From NCBI GenBank assembly GCA_012295275.1, contig CM022677.1, forward strand, positions 21,638,001 to 21,702,000: a DNA stretch of 64,000 nucleotides. The letters are read 5' to 3'. A program made the position numbers and the translations under genes. The notes beneath the pieces are model-generated. The model had not been told where the DNA came from. It made no database searches and was given only the letters and a program-made list of their open reading frames with translations. The stretch comes from Chrysomallon squamiferum. Its lineage: Eukaryota > Animalia > Mollusca. Each line of letters starts with the position of its first letter. Position 1 is the stretch's first letter. Below are positions 37,144 to 51,632 of this stretch, one piece after another.

Positions 37144-37542
37144 TCACCACGGATAATATTTACAGATAAAACTCGACCTTTTGCTGCACGGAATATCATT
37201 CCAGCGGTCTCCGTGAACTAATACCAGACAGTTCTCTATTCCGCCAGAATTGTTAGGTTCACCTGGAGCGTAATTTGTGTAGCCCACTGGTTCAGGTCGC
37301 TCCCTTGACATCCACATGTATTTACCTTCAACCATGACGTCGCTGGCGCCGATATAGTGTACATAACCTGAAAGTAGCAACAGTTGTTGTAGTAGTTTTA
37401 GTAGTAGTAGTAGTAAAAGTAGTAAGGATAATAGCAGTAGGTGTAACAGTAGTTGTGGTGTTTACAGTACAGTAGCAGTAGACCTGTTGTAGAAGAAGCA
37501 GCAACGGAGGCAGTGGTTGCCGGTGAAACATCCCGGATAAGA

Positions 37543-37573
<31 letters not shown>

Positions 37574-38117
37574 ATTGATGTGAACAAGTGCCTGCCAACC
37601 CCAAATGCCCCGACGTTACTGTGAAAATGACTGTTTCGTTTCCTTATCAAATTGCTATGAACGAAAGAGAGACAGAGAGACAACTCGCTCGAATACATTC
37701 GTGTTCAAAATATATTCTTAACAGTGTTGCTTCCCTTAATACTTGACGAAGGATTAAAGCAAATCAAAAGTTTCTTTTCCACTGCAAGTCAAAGAAAAAT
37801 TTAAAAAAATTAAAAAAAAAATAGAAAAGAAGATAAACATAAAAACCTGATGCAACTTTCTTAAGTGCTGTATGTATTGCCGAATTTTCTAATTTCGACG
37901 TAATAGTCACCAAATGGGCATTCATTGCCTTGCAGTACTTCTGAATAGTAACAATGACAACATCAACAACAACAACAACAATAATAATAATAATAATAAT
38001 AATAATACAAATAATAATAATAATAATGCAAATAATAATAATAATAATACAAATAGTAATAATGATAATAATCAAAGCAATAGTAATAATAGTAGTAGTA
38101 GTAACAATAACAACAAC

Positions 38118-38151
<34 letters not shown>

Positions 38152-40027
38152 CAAGAATATCAAGAACAATAGTAATTATAATAATACTACTAGTAGCAAT
38201 AAAGCAACAACAACAATATTAATAACAATAAAGTTTGAATTCTGTCACTTTTGCCAACAACAAATGTATTTGTACTATCTTTAATATTTTGTATATTACT
38301 ATGTCTTTACTAACGTGTATATCAGTACTACGTCTTTACTAACGTGTATATTACTAATATGTCTGTACTAACTTGAATGCGTATTATGTCTTTACTAAGT
38401 TGCATTTTAGTAGTTTGTCCTTACTAACCTGTATCTTGGAGTAAATGTGTGTAACTACATGTATGTCAGTATGTATGTCATTAATAACATGTTACATGAG
38501 AATGTATGTTTAGTAACTTGCAGATCAATATGAGGTATCTTTATCACCTCGTGTATCTTTTATAACTGGTATATAAGTGTGTATCCTTAAAAACTTGTAC
38601 CTCGCTATGAACACTATGATAACCGATGTATCAGCAAGTCTTACCGATGCTTCTATCCAGGTACCAGCAACCTGTCTCGGAGAAAACCAGTAGCAGTCTT
38701 TGTGTACAAGAACGAAGCCAGGCCTACACAGTTCTGTAAACGCATCGCCTAAAGAGTAATTTGTTAACAAAATATGTAGATAGGCAGCTACAAAGACAGA
38801 CTGGTGGTTATATGGAAACACTGACAGACAAAAAAGCTATTCTGTATCTGTGTGTGTGTCTGTGTAAGTGTAAGTGTGTGTATATATATACATACACATA
38901 TACATACATACATATATATATATATATATGTATGAATGTATGTATGTATCTATTTATGTATGTAAGGTTGACCAACACAAAACAAAACAGAGAGAAAGTA
39001 GACGAACAGACAAAAGAAGGGGTAAAACCAAAAGAGAGACAATGATTAACATACAGATAAAGTTAGACAGACAGAAAAACCGGATGAGCAGATGAACAGA
39101 AGATATCTTGTACAACTTTCGTGAACAGATGAAACAGAGGATATCTTGTACAAGTTCATGGACAGATGAAACAGAAGATATCTTGTACAAGTTCACGAAC
39201 AGATGAAACAGAAGATATGTTGTGCAAATTCACGAACAGATGAAACAGACGATATCTTGTACAAGTTCATGGACAGATGAAACAGAAGATATCTTGTACA
39301 AGTTCACGAACAGATGAAACAGAAGATATGTTGTGCAAATTCACGAACAGATGAAACAGACGATATCTTGTACAAGTTCACGAACAGATCAAACAGAAGA
39401 CATCTTGTACAAGTTCACGAACAAATGAAACAGAAGATATCTTGTAGAAGTCCACGAACAAATGAAACAGAAGATATCTTGTACAAGATCACGAACAGAA
39501 GAAGCACAAGCTATGTTGCACAAGTTCACGAACAGATGAAGCAGAAGTTATGTTGAACAAGTTCACGAACAGATGCAACAGAAGATATGTTGTGCAAATT
39601 CACGAACAGATGAAACAGACGATATCTTGTACAAATTCACGAACAGATGAAACAGAAGATATCTTGTACAAGTCCACGAACAGATGAAACAGAAGATATC
39701 TTGTACAAGTCCACGAACAGATGAAACAGAAAATATGTTGTACAAATTCACGAACAGATGAAACAGAAGATATATTGTACAAGTTCACGAACAGATGAAA
39801 CAGAAGATATTTTGTACAAGTCCACGAACAGATGAACAAGTTCACGAACAGATGCAACAGAAAATATGTTGTGCAAATTCACGAACAGATGAAACAGAAG
39901 TTCACGATCTAGGACGTCGTAAGTCTGTCTATACGATACACAACTGCGTCTTAAAAACGTCATCATATTTACATCTATCACTTTTCACAGAAGAAAGAAG
40001 AAAACTGAGAAGATAAATAATCTTCAT
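37144..40027 (-). CDS. Secreted C-type lectin copy F, EPN/WND type, ~158 aa
   Basis: Exons 40027-39973, 38748-38645 (shifted acceptor), 37940-37847 and 37367-37144 (GYVHYIGASDVMVEGKYMWMSRERPEPVGYTNYAPGEPNNSGGIENCLVLVHGDRWNDIPCSKRSSFICKYYPW*). Confidence 0.88.
39085..39905. repeat. 37-bp minisatellite (GAACAGATGAAACAGAAGATATCTTGTACAAGTTCAC)n, ~22 units, in intron 1 of copy F
   Basis: Contiguous tandem units with no spacers; variant units recur at 111 bp (3 units). Confidence 0.95.
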
Positions 40028-41802
40028 TTCTTCCTGATTTTGCAAGAATTTGAAACGGCAAAAATTTTGCAGACGCAGAGACAAAATCACTGTGAGAGAG
40101 ATTTAACTCGAATGAATAAATATTCTTCTCCGTTTTAAAATAGTTGGCTCGTTGTATTTGATTATCATAAAGATGTTTTGCTATGGCAAACGCGCACTGA
40201 CAGTTTAATGTAAGTTTATACAGCCTTGTTCTTTTATGATAATTTTTTGTTTTTGAGTCATCTTGGATATCAGTTACAAAATAAAAAAGTAAAATACTAA
40301 ATTTTCTGTGGTGTGATGATGAAATAAAGAACTGCATGCAGAGATAAAACATTAAGGTGTTGAAAATTATAGTAATCATCATGATGATGATAATAATCAT
40401 TATAATGATCATGACTTTATTCTTTTCTGTTCTACATTTGTTTTGACAAATATCAGTATATCCTATATATCTCTGTCTGTATTCATATCTACGTATACAT
40501 CTGTTTAACTGTCTGCAGATACATAAGCTAATATGTATCTATATGTGCACCTTTTGTCTCTCAGTGAATCCGGCTCTCTGTATAAGTATCTGTCTTGTGT
40601 CTGCCTGCCTCGCTATACATCTCTGTTTCTCCATATAAATCAGTCTGTCTATCCGATCTATCTAGTTTTTACCCGATGTATATCTGTCAGGTTGTCTATC
40701 TCTTTCTCAACCTCTCTGCAGTCTGTCTTTCCATCTGTCTGCCTTTTTGTCTGTCTCTTTATCTATCTATCTGTCTCTGCCTGTCTATCACTCTGTCTCT
40801 CTGATATATTGCCGTGTGTGTATTCCAACTTACATAAGCATATACCTATGCATATACATAAACATTTACACACACATAAGCAGACCTATAGTGAAGAGCT
40901 GTAGTTGAGTAATACTAATAACAGTAATAGTAGATATAATGGTAATGGTAGAGATATTTGTATTAGTAGTATTAATAGGTGTATTACAAATAGTATAAGT
41001 AGGAATAGCAGCAATAGGTATAGTAGTACTATTAGAAGTAGTAGTAGTAGTTGTAGTAGTAGTAGTAGTAGTAGTAGTGTAGTATAGTGGTGGTGTGGTA
41101 ATTGAGACGTTTGTTTATTTGTCTTATATTTACGTTGTAGTATAAAGCAGTAGCAGTTGAAGCAGTAATAATAGTAGTAGTAGTAGTAGTAATTCTAGTA
41201 GGGAAATGGGAAGAAGTCAATTCCCCATCTAGACACATTAGTGCGAAGTGGGTGTTTTTTGGGTTTTTTTTTGCAAACGCAAATGAGACTGTGTGAAATA
41301 AACAAGCCATTGTCATAAACAATTAAACATCGACATTTATATATCGGTGTTCTGTTTGAAATAAAACAGGGTCTTTAATAAAATATTGTATTCAGAGTCT
41401 TGCATCAAGTGATCAAACTGTTATTTAACAGAAGATTTGTTCTTGTTTGTTCATTATTAGCATCAGCCTGCTTGCTCGAGTCTCAGACATCTGTTTATAT
41501 TTTGCTTTCTTAATTGAAGTCTTTAATGTACATGCAGTTCTGTGCCACCAGTTAATTATAATTAATTTTTATGTAAGATTAAAAGAACTGAGTTTATTGT
41601 CCAACTCTAATCATTGGCCAGTGCATTTTTGCAGATAATAAAACTACTGCTCATAGAATTTAGCTATCGCAAAATATGTTCATGTGATCGCTGGTGAAAC
41701 GTCAGGGTGGAAAATGTTTTATAACACTGTTTCCATGCTAAAGCAATTTATTATAACATTCGTGATGATAAATACACTTTGTTGCCATTGCTGGAGCCTT
41801 TT

Positions 41803-41946
<144 letters not shown>

Positions 41947-42220
41947 TGTGTGTGTGTAAAACTTGGTGATAAGCAAATTCATATTCAACCACTTCCAGAT
42001 TTTTTTTTCTGTTACAGTAAAATGCATTGTGTTTTATGACCAGCATAGGTTTTACACATCTACATTGAAATGACCTCTTTTATGTTTCATTTCACCAGTA
42101 TGATGATTACAAATGTTAGTAAAAATATTTTGTTACACATTTTTCCATGCACGTAGTAATTTATTTTAATATTCGTGATAATAAAAAAATGTGTTGCTAT
42201 TGCTGGAACCTTTTATAGTA

Positions 42221-42271
<51 letters not shown>

Positions 42272-42504
42272 GAAGGAGGGGGAAGCAGAAAGTCACGCAT
42301 GTCACATATTTTTTCTTTCTTTTTTTTAAAATATTTTTCCAAACCTTATGTCCGAATGAACTAGATCAGGAGAGAGAAAAAAACAAAAGAATATTAAATA
42401 ACTTAAATAAAATTTGTCAAAAGAAATAATCAAGGAGATGATTTGAAATATTCCAGCCTATAGGAAACCCTACATTATATTATTTCTTTTCATTTCATTT
42501 CATT

Positions 42505-42715
42505 CAGATCATATCATATCACATCATATATCATATCATATCATATCATATCATGTCTCATATATCATATGTCATATCCTATCATGTCTCATATATCATA
42601 TGTCATATCCTATGATATCGTATTGTATCACATCACATCATATCTCATATCATATCATATATCATATCATATCTTATCACATCACATCATATATCATAAT
42701 CGTATCCTATCATTG
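42505..42715. repeat. (ATATC)n pentanucleotide microsatellite
   Basis: Directly visible. Confidence 0.9.
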
Positions 42716-43831
42716 CATGAAAACCCTTCTATTCATTTCGCTTCAGAAAGTTCTATAAGTAGCCCTTGTTTTTGTGGGAGTTTTTAGATCGCTCTGCCAA
42801 TTCGATGAAAATTCAGTAAGACAATGCATAAAGTCCACCAAACGTAACAGACCAACGATAACTGGACGGGACTTTAAAATTGTGCCAGTGTCAGAGAAGA
42901 TTTGTTCCCCACGAATATTCATTCATCCAAGGAACAAATATTCAGAAAGATAAAGTACATGATAGTCATAGTTCCACTCGGTGGGGCTAAACATTACCAT
43001 AGCGTGTGTATTTTTGAAAAAAAAATGTTCTCTGTGTCTAAAAAAATAAAAAAAATAAAAAACAGATAATCATGTTTTTTCTTTAAATTTGCAAAATTCA
43101 AGATAATTTAAAAAACTATAATAGAAAAACTAATTGACAAAAGAAAAAAAAAATTGAACTAAAGCTATAACACCAGAACAAATGAAGAAAGAAATGAAAA
43201 AAAATATTATATATATATGTTTTATATTTATATCTATGTATATATTCACAGAATAAGAACCAGATGAAAACAGAGAGATGGGTGGGAGGGGGCAATATGT
43301 ATTATCTGTATAACCAGTAATCATTAAATAAAATATCGTCACTCAGTTATCATATATTTTCTCAGCCTGTGCACATACACGTAATGAAAGTATATCATTC
43401 TCGTTTATTTATCATTTAGCTTTAGGACAATCAGTACTTTAAAGAAGGAAAGTTACCCACCCAGGTCTCGATAATCTCTCTTCACACCCACACCCACCCC
43501 ATCTGGCATCAGCAGCTTATGAATTAATTTTTATAATTTTTATTTCCAGTTCTCAAGATATTCAGGACTGTTATTAGTACACTGGTAAGAAAATATTGAG
43601 GAAAATGATATTATAAAAAAAATTTGTCGACGTCTGAAAACTTCACCCTAATACTATATCATTAACAATGGGAATACAGTATTCCCCAAATATTATGCAC
43701 GCGGCGAACAAATACTCGTTGCCCTAGTGGTACAAATATTCGCGGGATCAAATATTCTTTTACACCGGTTTAAACAGATATGCGCACAAGTCAAACGTAA
43801 ACAATAATCTATAATTTCTTTACCTATCCAG

Positions 43832-43864
<33 letters not shown>

Positions 43865-44477
43865 CACGCACACAGAAAAATATTCCACACACATATACAT
43901 AATTACAGTAATATAATCTTTTTGGGGATATCAGTAACTAGATATTTAAAATAAATAAAAATAAAACAAAAAATTATATTCACAACAAATTTAATTGTGG
44001 CATTTTTATGTCCATTTTTCATTGATAATGTACTTTTTATTATTATACAGAATAAAGTACGTGAGAATCTGTAAGATTTGTACACGTAGCATTTTGTTGA
44101 AAATGCAGAAAAACAGAAAAGAATAACGATCATTATCATCATGATAATCATCATCATCATCGTCATAATTATTTATCATTTTGTGCAGTTCTGTATTTAA
44201 TCATCTTTCTCTACCTGTACGTCTGCCTCTATCAATACATGGCCTACCTCTCTCTATTTCTACATGTTTGTGTGTGTATGTGTGTGTGTGTGTGTGTGTG
44301 TGTCTGTGTTTGTTTGTCATTTGTCTCTTTCTGTCTATTTATATATGTAGCTGACTGTCTGTCTTTCTATGTTATATATCGACACACACAAACACATACA
44401 GACAAACATACACATGTTGGCAGAGAGATTATAGTTTTTACACCTACTAATTATACAGTCCTAATTGTTATTAAACA

Positions 44478-44531
<54 letters not shown>

Positions 44532-45964
44532 GTAATAATAATAAATTAATAATAAATTAATAATAATAATAACAAGAAAAATTATAATAACAACAACAAC
44601 AAACATAATGAATCGTGCAGTATATTTGTAATACTACACAATATATCTATGTTAAACTCATCAGGAATTCATGTCAAGTTCAGCCTATATTGTAATACAA
44701 GCATAATCATAATTAAAACAAACATTTAGTGCATGGTGTGTCAGCTGTAGTTACTACTACTTCTGCTGCTAGTATTACTACTCTACTACTGCTACTACTA
44801 CTGCTACTACTACAACTATTACTATGACTTCAGATACAACGACTTTACACTTCAGTGTAAATACAGAACAAATAATATATCAACAATACCCTACTGCTAC
44901 TACCACTGCTACTACTATTGTTACTACTACTACTACTACTTCTACTACTGCTACTACCACTGGTACTACTATTGTTACTACTACTGCTACTACTGCAGCT
45001 TCTACATCTTCTACAACTAAGCCAGTGACTACTACTAACAATACTATTATTACTGTTATGCTATTACTACTACTACTACTACTACAACTACTACTATTAC
45101 TACTACTACAACTACTACTACTACTACTACATGTCTTTACTATACGCCTGCTTTTATATGTATGCATGTATGAATGTGTGTGTATATCTATCTATCTATC
45201 TATAGATAGATAGATAGATAGATAGATAGATCTGTACATGCATTTTGCAATTCATAGACACAGTGTGATTTGTTAGTTACAGAGAGATAATTATAGAGAC
45301 AGTCTGATGGAAACATGCAGATGAACATAGAGTTAGGTATTATCATATATATCAGCAAACCGCTATACAGACACACAGATACACGGATATATTGATATTT
45401 GTCGACAAATGTAGAACAGAAAGCAATAAAGTTATCACCAGAATGATAATAATAATGATTATCATCGTCATGATGATTACTCTTATCATCACCGTCATAA
45501 TCATTTATTTGTCCATGCAGTTCTAAATTTCGTCATCATCATAATCAGTATCATTGTAACTTTAGTATCTTTCATTATTTTTTCTTTCCCAGTTTCATTT
45601 TTTTTTTTTTTTTTTTTTTTCAATTTTTTTCTCTTTATTTTATTTTTTTTATTTTATTTTTATTTTTTTTTTTGTAACTGATATCCAAGATGACTGAAAA
45701 AGATATATCGTAAAAGAACAAGGCGGAATAAACTACATTAAACTGTGAATGCACGTTCACTATAACAATACATCTTTATGAGAAATTAATAGCACCAGCC
45801 TAATGTTTTGTGAATTTGAAAAGTATATTTATTCACTGGAGGTAAATCGCTGTTACAGTGATTGGGAGAAATTGTCAGGAACATTTTGCTAAACCAGTCG
45901 ACAGCTTGTCTCTGTGACTTGCTAAAGTTTTGCAGTTTACAAATTATTGCAAAATCACGAAGAA

Positions 45965-46089
45965 ATGAAGATTATTTATTTTCTGAGTTTTCTTCTTTCT
46001 TCCGTCCACAACGACGTATGTAAGTATGTTACAGTTTTTAAGACCAGAACGCGTATCTCGTTCTTTGTCTGTCTATCTGTCTATCTATC

Positions 46090-46122
<33 letters not shown>

Positions 46123-46924
46123 GTATCTGTCTATCTATCTGTCTATCTATATATATATTTACGCATATACTTATATATATATAAGTACAGTAACTGAGAC
46201 ATTATATTAGTGTCTTATATTTACGTTGAAGTATAAAGCAGTAGTAGCTGAAGTAGTAATAATAATACTAGCATTTATCTCTGTGATATTTGTCTTTGTA
46301 ACTGCCTACCTACATGTTTGCTAACAAAGAATATTTTGTCTATGTAGATGCCAAACGCTGTAGGTCTGGCTTCCATCGCATACACAAAGCTTGTTACTGG
46401 ATTTCTCCAACAAAATTTACTGCTAACTGGATCGACGCAAGGGTAATACTTAGTGGTTTGCATGTTAACAAACAGTTTATAGTAATTTACAGGTTTTTAA
46501 ACATACACACCTGGATACCAGTTATTAAAGACATACAAATTCTGATATGCGAATTATTAAAGATGTACATATTGATACACAAGTTACTAACCATACATTC
46601 TGATATATACAAGTTATTAAAGACATACGTAGTAACATACAAGTTAGTTGAGACACATTACTAACATACTAGTGAGTAGACATAATACTCATACAAGTAA
46701 GTAAAGATATGGTACTAATAAAAACGTTCGTTAAGACATAATACTAATAAATAATTTAGTTCAGACACAGTACTAATATTCAAGATACAAAAGACAGCAG
46801 TAATGTACAAGTTAATAAAGCTATAGTACTAATACACATCTTAGTAAGGACATGGTTAAAATATAGAAATAAGTAAAAGCAGTACAGATATAAAAATTGT
46901 TTGCAGAAGTCATAAATTTAGACC

Positions 46925-46968
<44 letters not shown>

Positions 46969-47129
46969 GTTGTTGTTGTTGTTGTTCTATTGCTACATAT
47001 AGTATTATTTTAATTATTATTATTCTTGATATTCTTGGGGTTTTTATTATTATCGTTAATATTATTACTACTACAAGTACTATTATTATAGGAATGCTAT
47101 TAATGTTATTATTATTATCATTATTATTA

Positions 47130-47186
<57 letters not shown>

Positions 47187-47548
47187 TAGGAGTATTGCAA
47201 GGCAATGAATGCCTATTTGCTGATTGTTACATCGTCTTCAGAGAATTCTGCAATACATAGGGCACTTAGGAAATTTCACACAGGTTTTTATGCTTATCTT
47301 TTTTTCTATTAATGATCAAGTGAATAAAATGGATATTATTTATAATAATATATATGTCTATCTGTCTATCCATCTATCAGTCTCTCTATCTATCTACACA
47401 TTTATCTCTCTCTGTCTTTCTGCTATCCACCTGCTCTCATACAATCCATCCTTCCATCTATGTAAATATTTATTCAGATGGAGAAAGGAGGGATTTTCTC
47501 AAACAATATGTGAATACTTATTATTTAAAATTGGTGATTTTACAGATA

Positions 47549-47587
<39 letters not shown>

Positions 47588-47693
47588 GGAAAGACTGAGA
47601 GAGAAGAAGATAGACAAAGAGAAACAGTGTGAGGAAAGATGCATAAGAAGTGACAATTATAATTAGTTATTATTACATAGTGATTATTATTAA

Positions 47694-47733
<40 letters not shown>

Positions 47734-47927
47734 TCTTCTTGGTTTTTCATCTTTTTTTTTTTTTCTCTTTTCTTTTTTTTTTTTTTTTTTAACTTTTTAT
47801 TTATTTATTTATTTATTTATGTTAAATTGAACTTATCGCAGGATGTGCAATTAGTAAAAATAAATCCTACATAAATATTTTTACGTAAAATACGTCAGAA
47901 CTGTTTCGTGTCCAAACGCTGTTACGG

Positions 47928-47984
<57 letters not shown>

Positions 47985-48655
47985 ATGTGTGTATGTGTGC
48001 GTGTCTGTGTGTGTGTGTGTTACTGTCGTTGACTATCTTTCCGCTGGCCGAAGTTATAAAAACGCATAGAGGGATTAATTTCGTAGCATAGTTAGCAGTC
48101 TCGAGTATCTTCTTTCTTTTTATGTGAACAGAATCTTGTACAGAACAAACTATGCAGAAAAGAGATGTTTCAAAAAAAAAATTAGACGATCTATATCGAA
48201 GATGATTAAAGTTTTTCTTCAAACCTTGATAGAACTTTTAGTTAAGACATTTTTCTTGAAAGTTCGTGTCAGCTGCTTTGCGAGAACAAGCCTTTATTTA
48301 ACAGAGAATTCCAGTAGATACAATATAATACTTTCCGCCATTAACAACCTACCCGTGTTCCTCTTATTTAGCTGTTCGTCGGTTTAATATTATCCAGAAC
48401 AAAAACATTTCATCAAAAATCTGTCGCGCTCGAACTGGACACTAAATGTATCTGTGTGCAAAACGAGCGGGTTTTCCTACATTTTGAAACATTTCCGCCA
48501 TTTTCAGTTATTTTCAGTTTGTTACGTGGTTTTTATTCTTTAATAGCTATGATTACTTTTACTGCCTATCTACCAGAAAATGGTCTCGCTTTTCCTTATA
48601 CATTTGTATTAAAAAATAAATAAACAAATAAATCAAATGCCCGGATTATAAATTA

Positions 48656-48726
<71 letters not shown>

Positions 48727-49397
48727 AATTATTGTATCGTTTCTTTTCTATCTTTTTGTGTGTGTTGTTTTTGTTGTTGGGGGTTTGTTGGGTTTTTTTT
48801 TTTTTTTTTTTTGCTGTTTGTTTTGTTTTTTGTTTTTTGTTTTTTTATATATAATTTATTTTAGATGTATTTTTCGTAAAATAACAAAATTAAAAAATTC
48901 TAAAAAAAAAAAAGGTCTAGTATGAACGACGGAAACAGTAAATAAGTACAAATGGTACATACAATTTTCGTTTGAGCTTGATCACCTTGCAGTGGAAAAG
49001 AAACTTTTAAATTCCTTTAATCCTTCGTCGTGTAACGCAAGGAAAGTAGTACATTTTGCCATCTTGCTCATCGTCTGCGCTCAAACTATTAAGGGAAGCT
49101 ACTCCGTTAAGAATATGTTTTTTTAACACGAACGTATTCGAGCGATGTGTTCCTCTGTCTGTCTTTCGTTCATAGCAATTTGATAAGGAAACGAAACAGT
49201 CATTTTCACAGTAACGTCGGGGCATTTGGGGTTTGTAGGCACTTGTGCACATCAATTTATTTATTTATTTATTTATTTTAAACGGGATGTGTTTCACTCG
49301 CAACTACTACTGGTGTTACTGCTACTACTACAATAGGTCTACTGGTACTGATGGGTTACTAGCCCAGCTACTGTTACAACTATTGCTATTACCGATA

Positions 49398-49435
<38 letters not shown>

Positions 49436-49687
49436 ACCACTGTTTTTGTCTTGCTTCTACTTTCAGGTCAGAACCACTATATTGGTGCCTCTGATATGCA
49501 GAAGGAAGGACATTTCATGTGGATGTCAAGAGGCCGACCCGAAGCAGTTAGATATTTTAATTTTGAAAAACACGAACCTAACAATCATGGTGGAAGAGAG
49601 GATTGTTTGGAAATGTGGAAGAGTGGCAAGTGGAATGATCTTCCGTGCCATCGGACCAGCGGTTTTATCTGTAAATATTCTCCGTGA
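45965..49687 (+). CDS. Secreted C-type lectin copy G (inverted), EPN/WND type, 154 aa
   Basis: Exons 45965-46019 (MKIIYFLSFLLSSVHNDV), 46348-46442 (YAKRCRSGFHRIHKACYWISPTKFTANWIDAR), 47190-47283 (EYCKAMNAYLLIVTSSSENSAIHRALRKFHT) and 49467-49687 (GQNHYIGASDMQKEGHFMWMSRGRPEAVRYFNFEKHEPNNHGGREDCLEMWKSGKWNDLPCHRTSGFICKYSP*). Confidence 0.93.
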
Positions 49688-51189
49688 TGAAATTTGTCAG
49701 AGATTTTCTCTAATGACAAGAAATAAATTGTAAATCAATTTTAATGTTATAGTAGTCTTTGAAAAAAAAACTTACAGTGGTGTTTGTCAAACCAGAATCA
49801 CGCTCAGTGGATGAAAATAATTCTGAATTAAATATTTTATTGGGTGGCAAAACATTTGGTAGAGTTGAAATTTAGGACATCTAGGCATGGCAAAGCTGTG
49901 ACAAAGAATTGTTTGGTTAACTGTCAGATGTTTTCTTACATCTACGAGGGTGAGTGCAGTCTCGTATATAAAACTATACAAAGATGGTTAAATTTGAGGA
50001 AATATTGCAGATAAGCTGTTCAGCACAATTAGAATGAAGTTTAAATAAAGTAGATGAATAAATTAACACAGCTAAACCCCTCAGAACCAAACACTCTGTA
50101 AACTGGAATTCTCTCGAATAACGAACATTTTTGCTATCCCTTTCCAAATATAACAATTTCGGCACTGACGCAATCTTTACTCAGTAACCGAGGGTAATTA
50201 TCAGTTCCAAATCTGCACTCCTTTCATTGTGTTGTGTCATTGTTTTCAGTGCATTTTATTTTTGTGGAAAACCTGGCACTGTTAGATATGTATTTAGCTA
50301 TGAATGTTCTGTGTGATTACAATGTGCACTCTGGTTCAGCAAATAAGTTAGGTTGTCCTGGTGGAGGTGACGGACACCACCGACATGTGGACACCGTTGA
50401 CGCAGATATCGCGAACGTCGTGGTCATCGCCGACAACTTAGTTTCAACATTGTCATAATTCATGGCCGTGTTAGAGTTTCTGTGAGATATATATACTTTT
50501 TTCATTTATTCAGAAGAAGAAATATTCAGTGTCGTGTTAGGCTAGAAGCAGGATCGGCGATGTTTTGTTTTGTGTTTTTTATAATCCACGAGTTTTTCTG
50601 TAGAATCACGCACATACGAAACCTTCAGTTTGCCTCTAAAACGAAACCAAGGCCGATAACTCCTTATTTTAAGGCTATAAACTAGAAAAGAAATGACCTT
50701 TATCCGGTATTTAAACGTCCGTGACAAAGAAAAAAATCTTGCCTCTAGAGATCGCTAAAGATGTTCAAAAATAAATGTTTTAAAAATATTATTTATACAT
50801 TTTGAAACTGATATTTTCCTTGTCGTCCTAGAATCTAACCTTGCCTAATAATTATTATTACCACAGTAAACTCGTAGTTATTTGGGCAGAATGTGGGAGT
50901 AACCCTCTGAAGTACAGCAGTGGGTGGCTTTTAAGCTTGTAATGTAATTATTTTTAACTCTTCATTAATATGTGTTGTAATTTATAATATAAAATCAAAA
51001 GCTCCAAATTATCTCATTCTGCTTTAGCAAATGCTTTTCTTTTATTTCCTAATTGAGCTTGGCATGGCGTGTGTTTATTTTAAAAGATTTCTGATTAGAA
51101 ATCAATCCATAAGTATATAAGAAAAATATAAATAAAAATATAAATAAAAAGTTATTATTGTAAAAGACGATAGTATACTGGTTGTAAAA

Positions 51190-51349
51190 TAATAATGGCG
51201 GAATTTACAATAAAGAAAGAGAGCTTTTTTTTTCTTCTTCTTCTTTTTTTTAATGCTTGCGTACTAATCCAATTTCCGGTTGGAAGAAGCGTCTGCCTGA
51301 TCTTGTAGGAGCCAAGTTTTGCCAGATTTCTTTCTCTGGGGACAGAAAA
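51190..51349 (+). promoter_or_regulatory. Probable promoter/5'UTR of the small membrane protein gene
   Basis: YY1-like AATGGCG (~51194) and ETS-like ATTTCCGG (~51272) immediately upstream of the first ATG exon. Confidence 0.4.
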
Positions 51350-51437
51350 ATGGTAGAATTTGGATCTGGTCCGATAAAAGAGACAATAGACAATACCGTA
51401 TTTATTGTGCCTGGAATCATCATTGGCGTTTTAGTTC
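51350..51437 (+). CDS. Small single-pass membrane protein, alternative first coding exon a
   Basis: AAAAATGG Kozak context; MVEFGSGPIKETIDNTVFIVPGIIIGVLV + C|GTAAGT, 88 nt, phase 1; paralogous to the exon at 55311. Confidence 0.72.
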
Positions 51438-51632
51438 GTAAGTAAAAACACAGCTGGAAAGAATTTAAAAACGTTCACATTTGTTCCATAGCCACCTGCA
51501 GACGTCATTTTAGTATCGTGATATGGTATTAACAAGCATAATACAATATCCTTCATCTTTTTTATTTATTATTATTAGATAGATAGATAGATATACACAC
51601 AAATAAATATTACATCCGTTATATACTTAAAT

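Noticed and set aside
39085-39905. CRISPR-like 37-bp repeats
   Set aside because: Units are contiguous with no unique spacers, there are no cas genes, and the array lies in a eukaryotic intron with a single-copy seed in paralogues.
44824-45213. Thr-rich mucin-like ORF
   Set aside because: It is a degenerate (CTA)n repeat mirrored at ~41040, with no splice or signal support.
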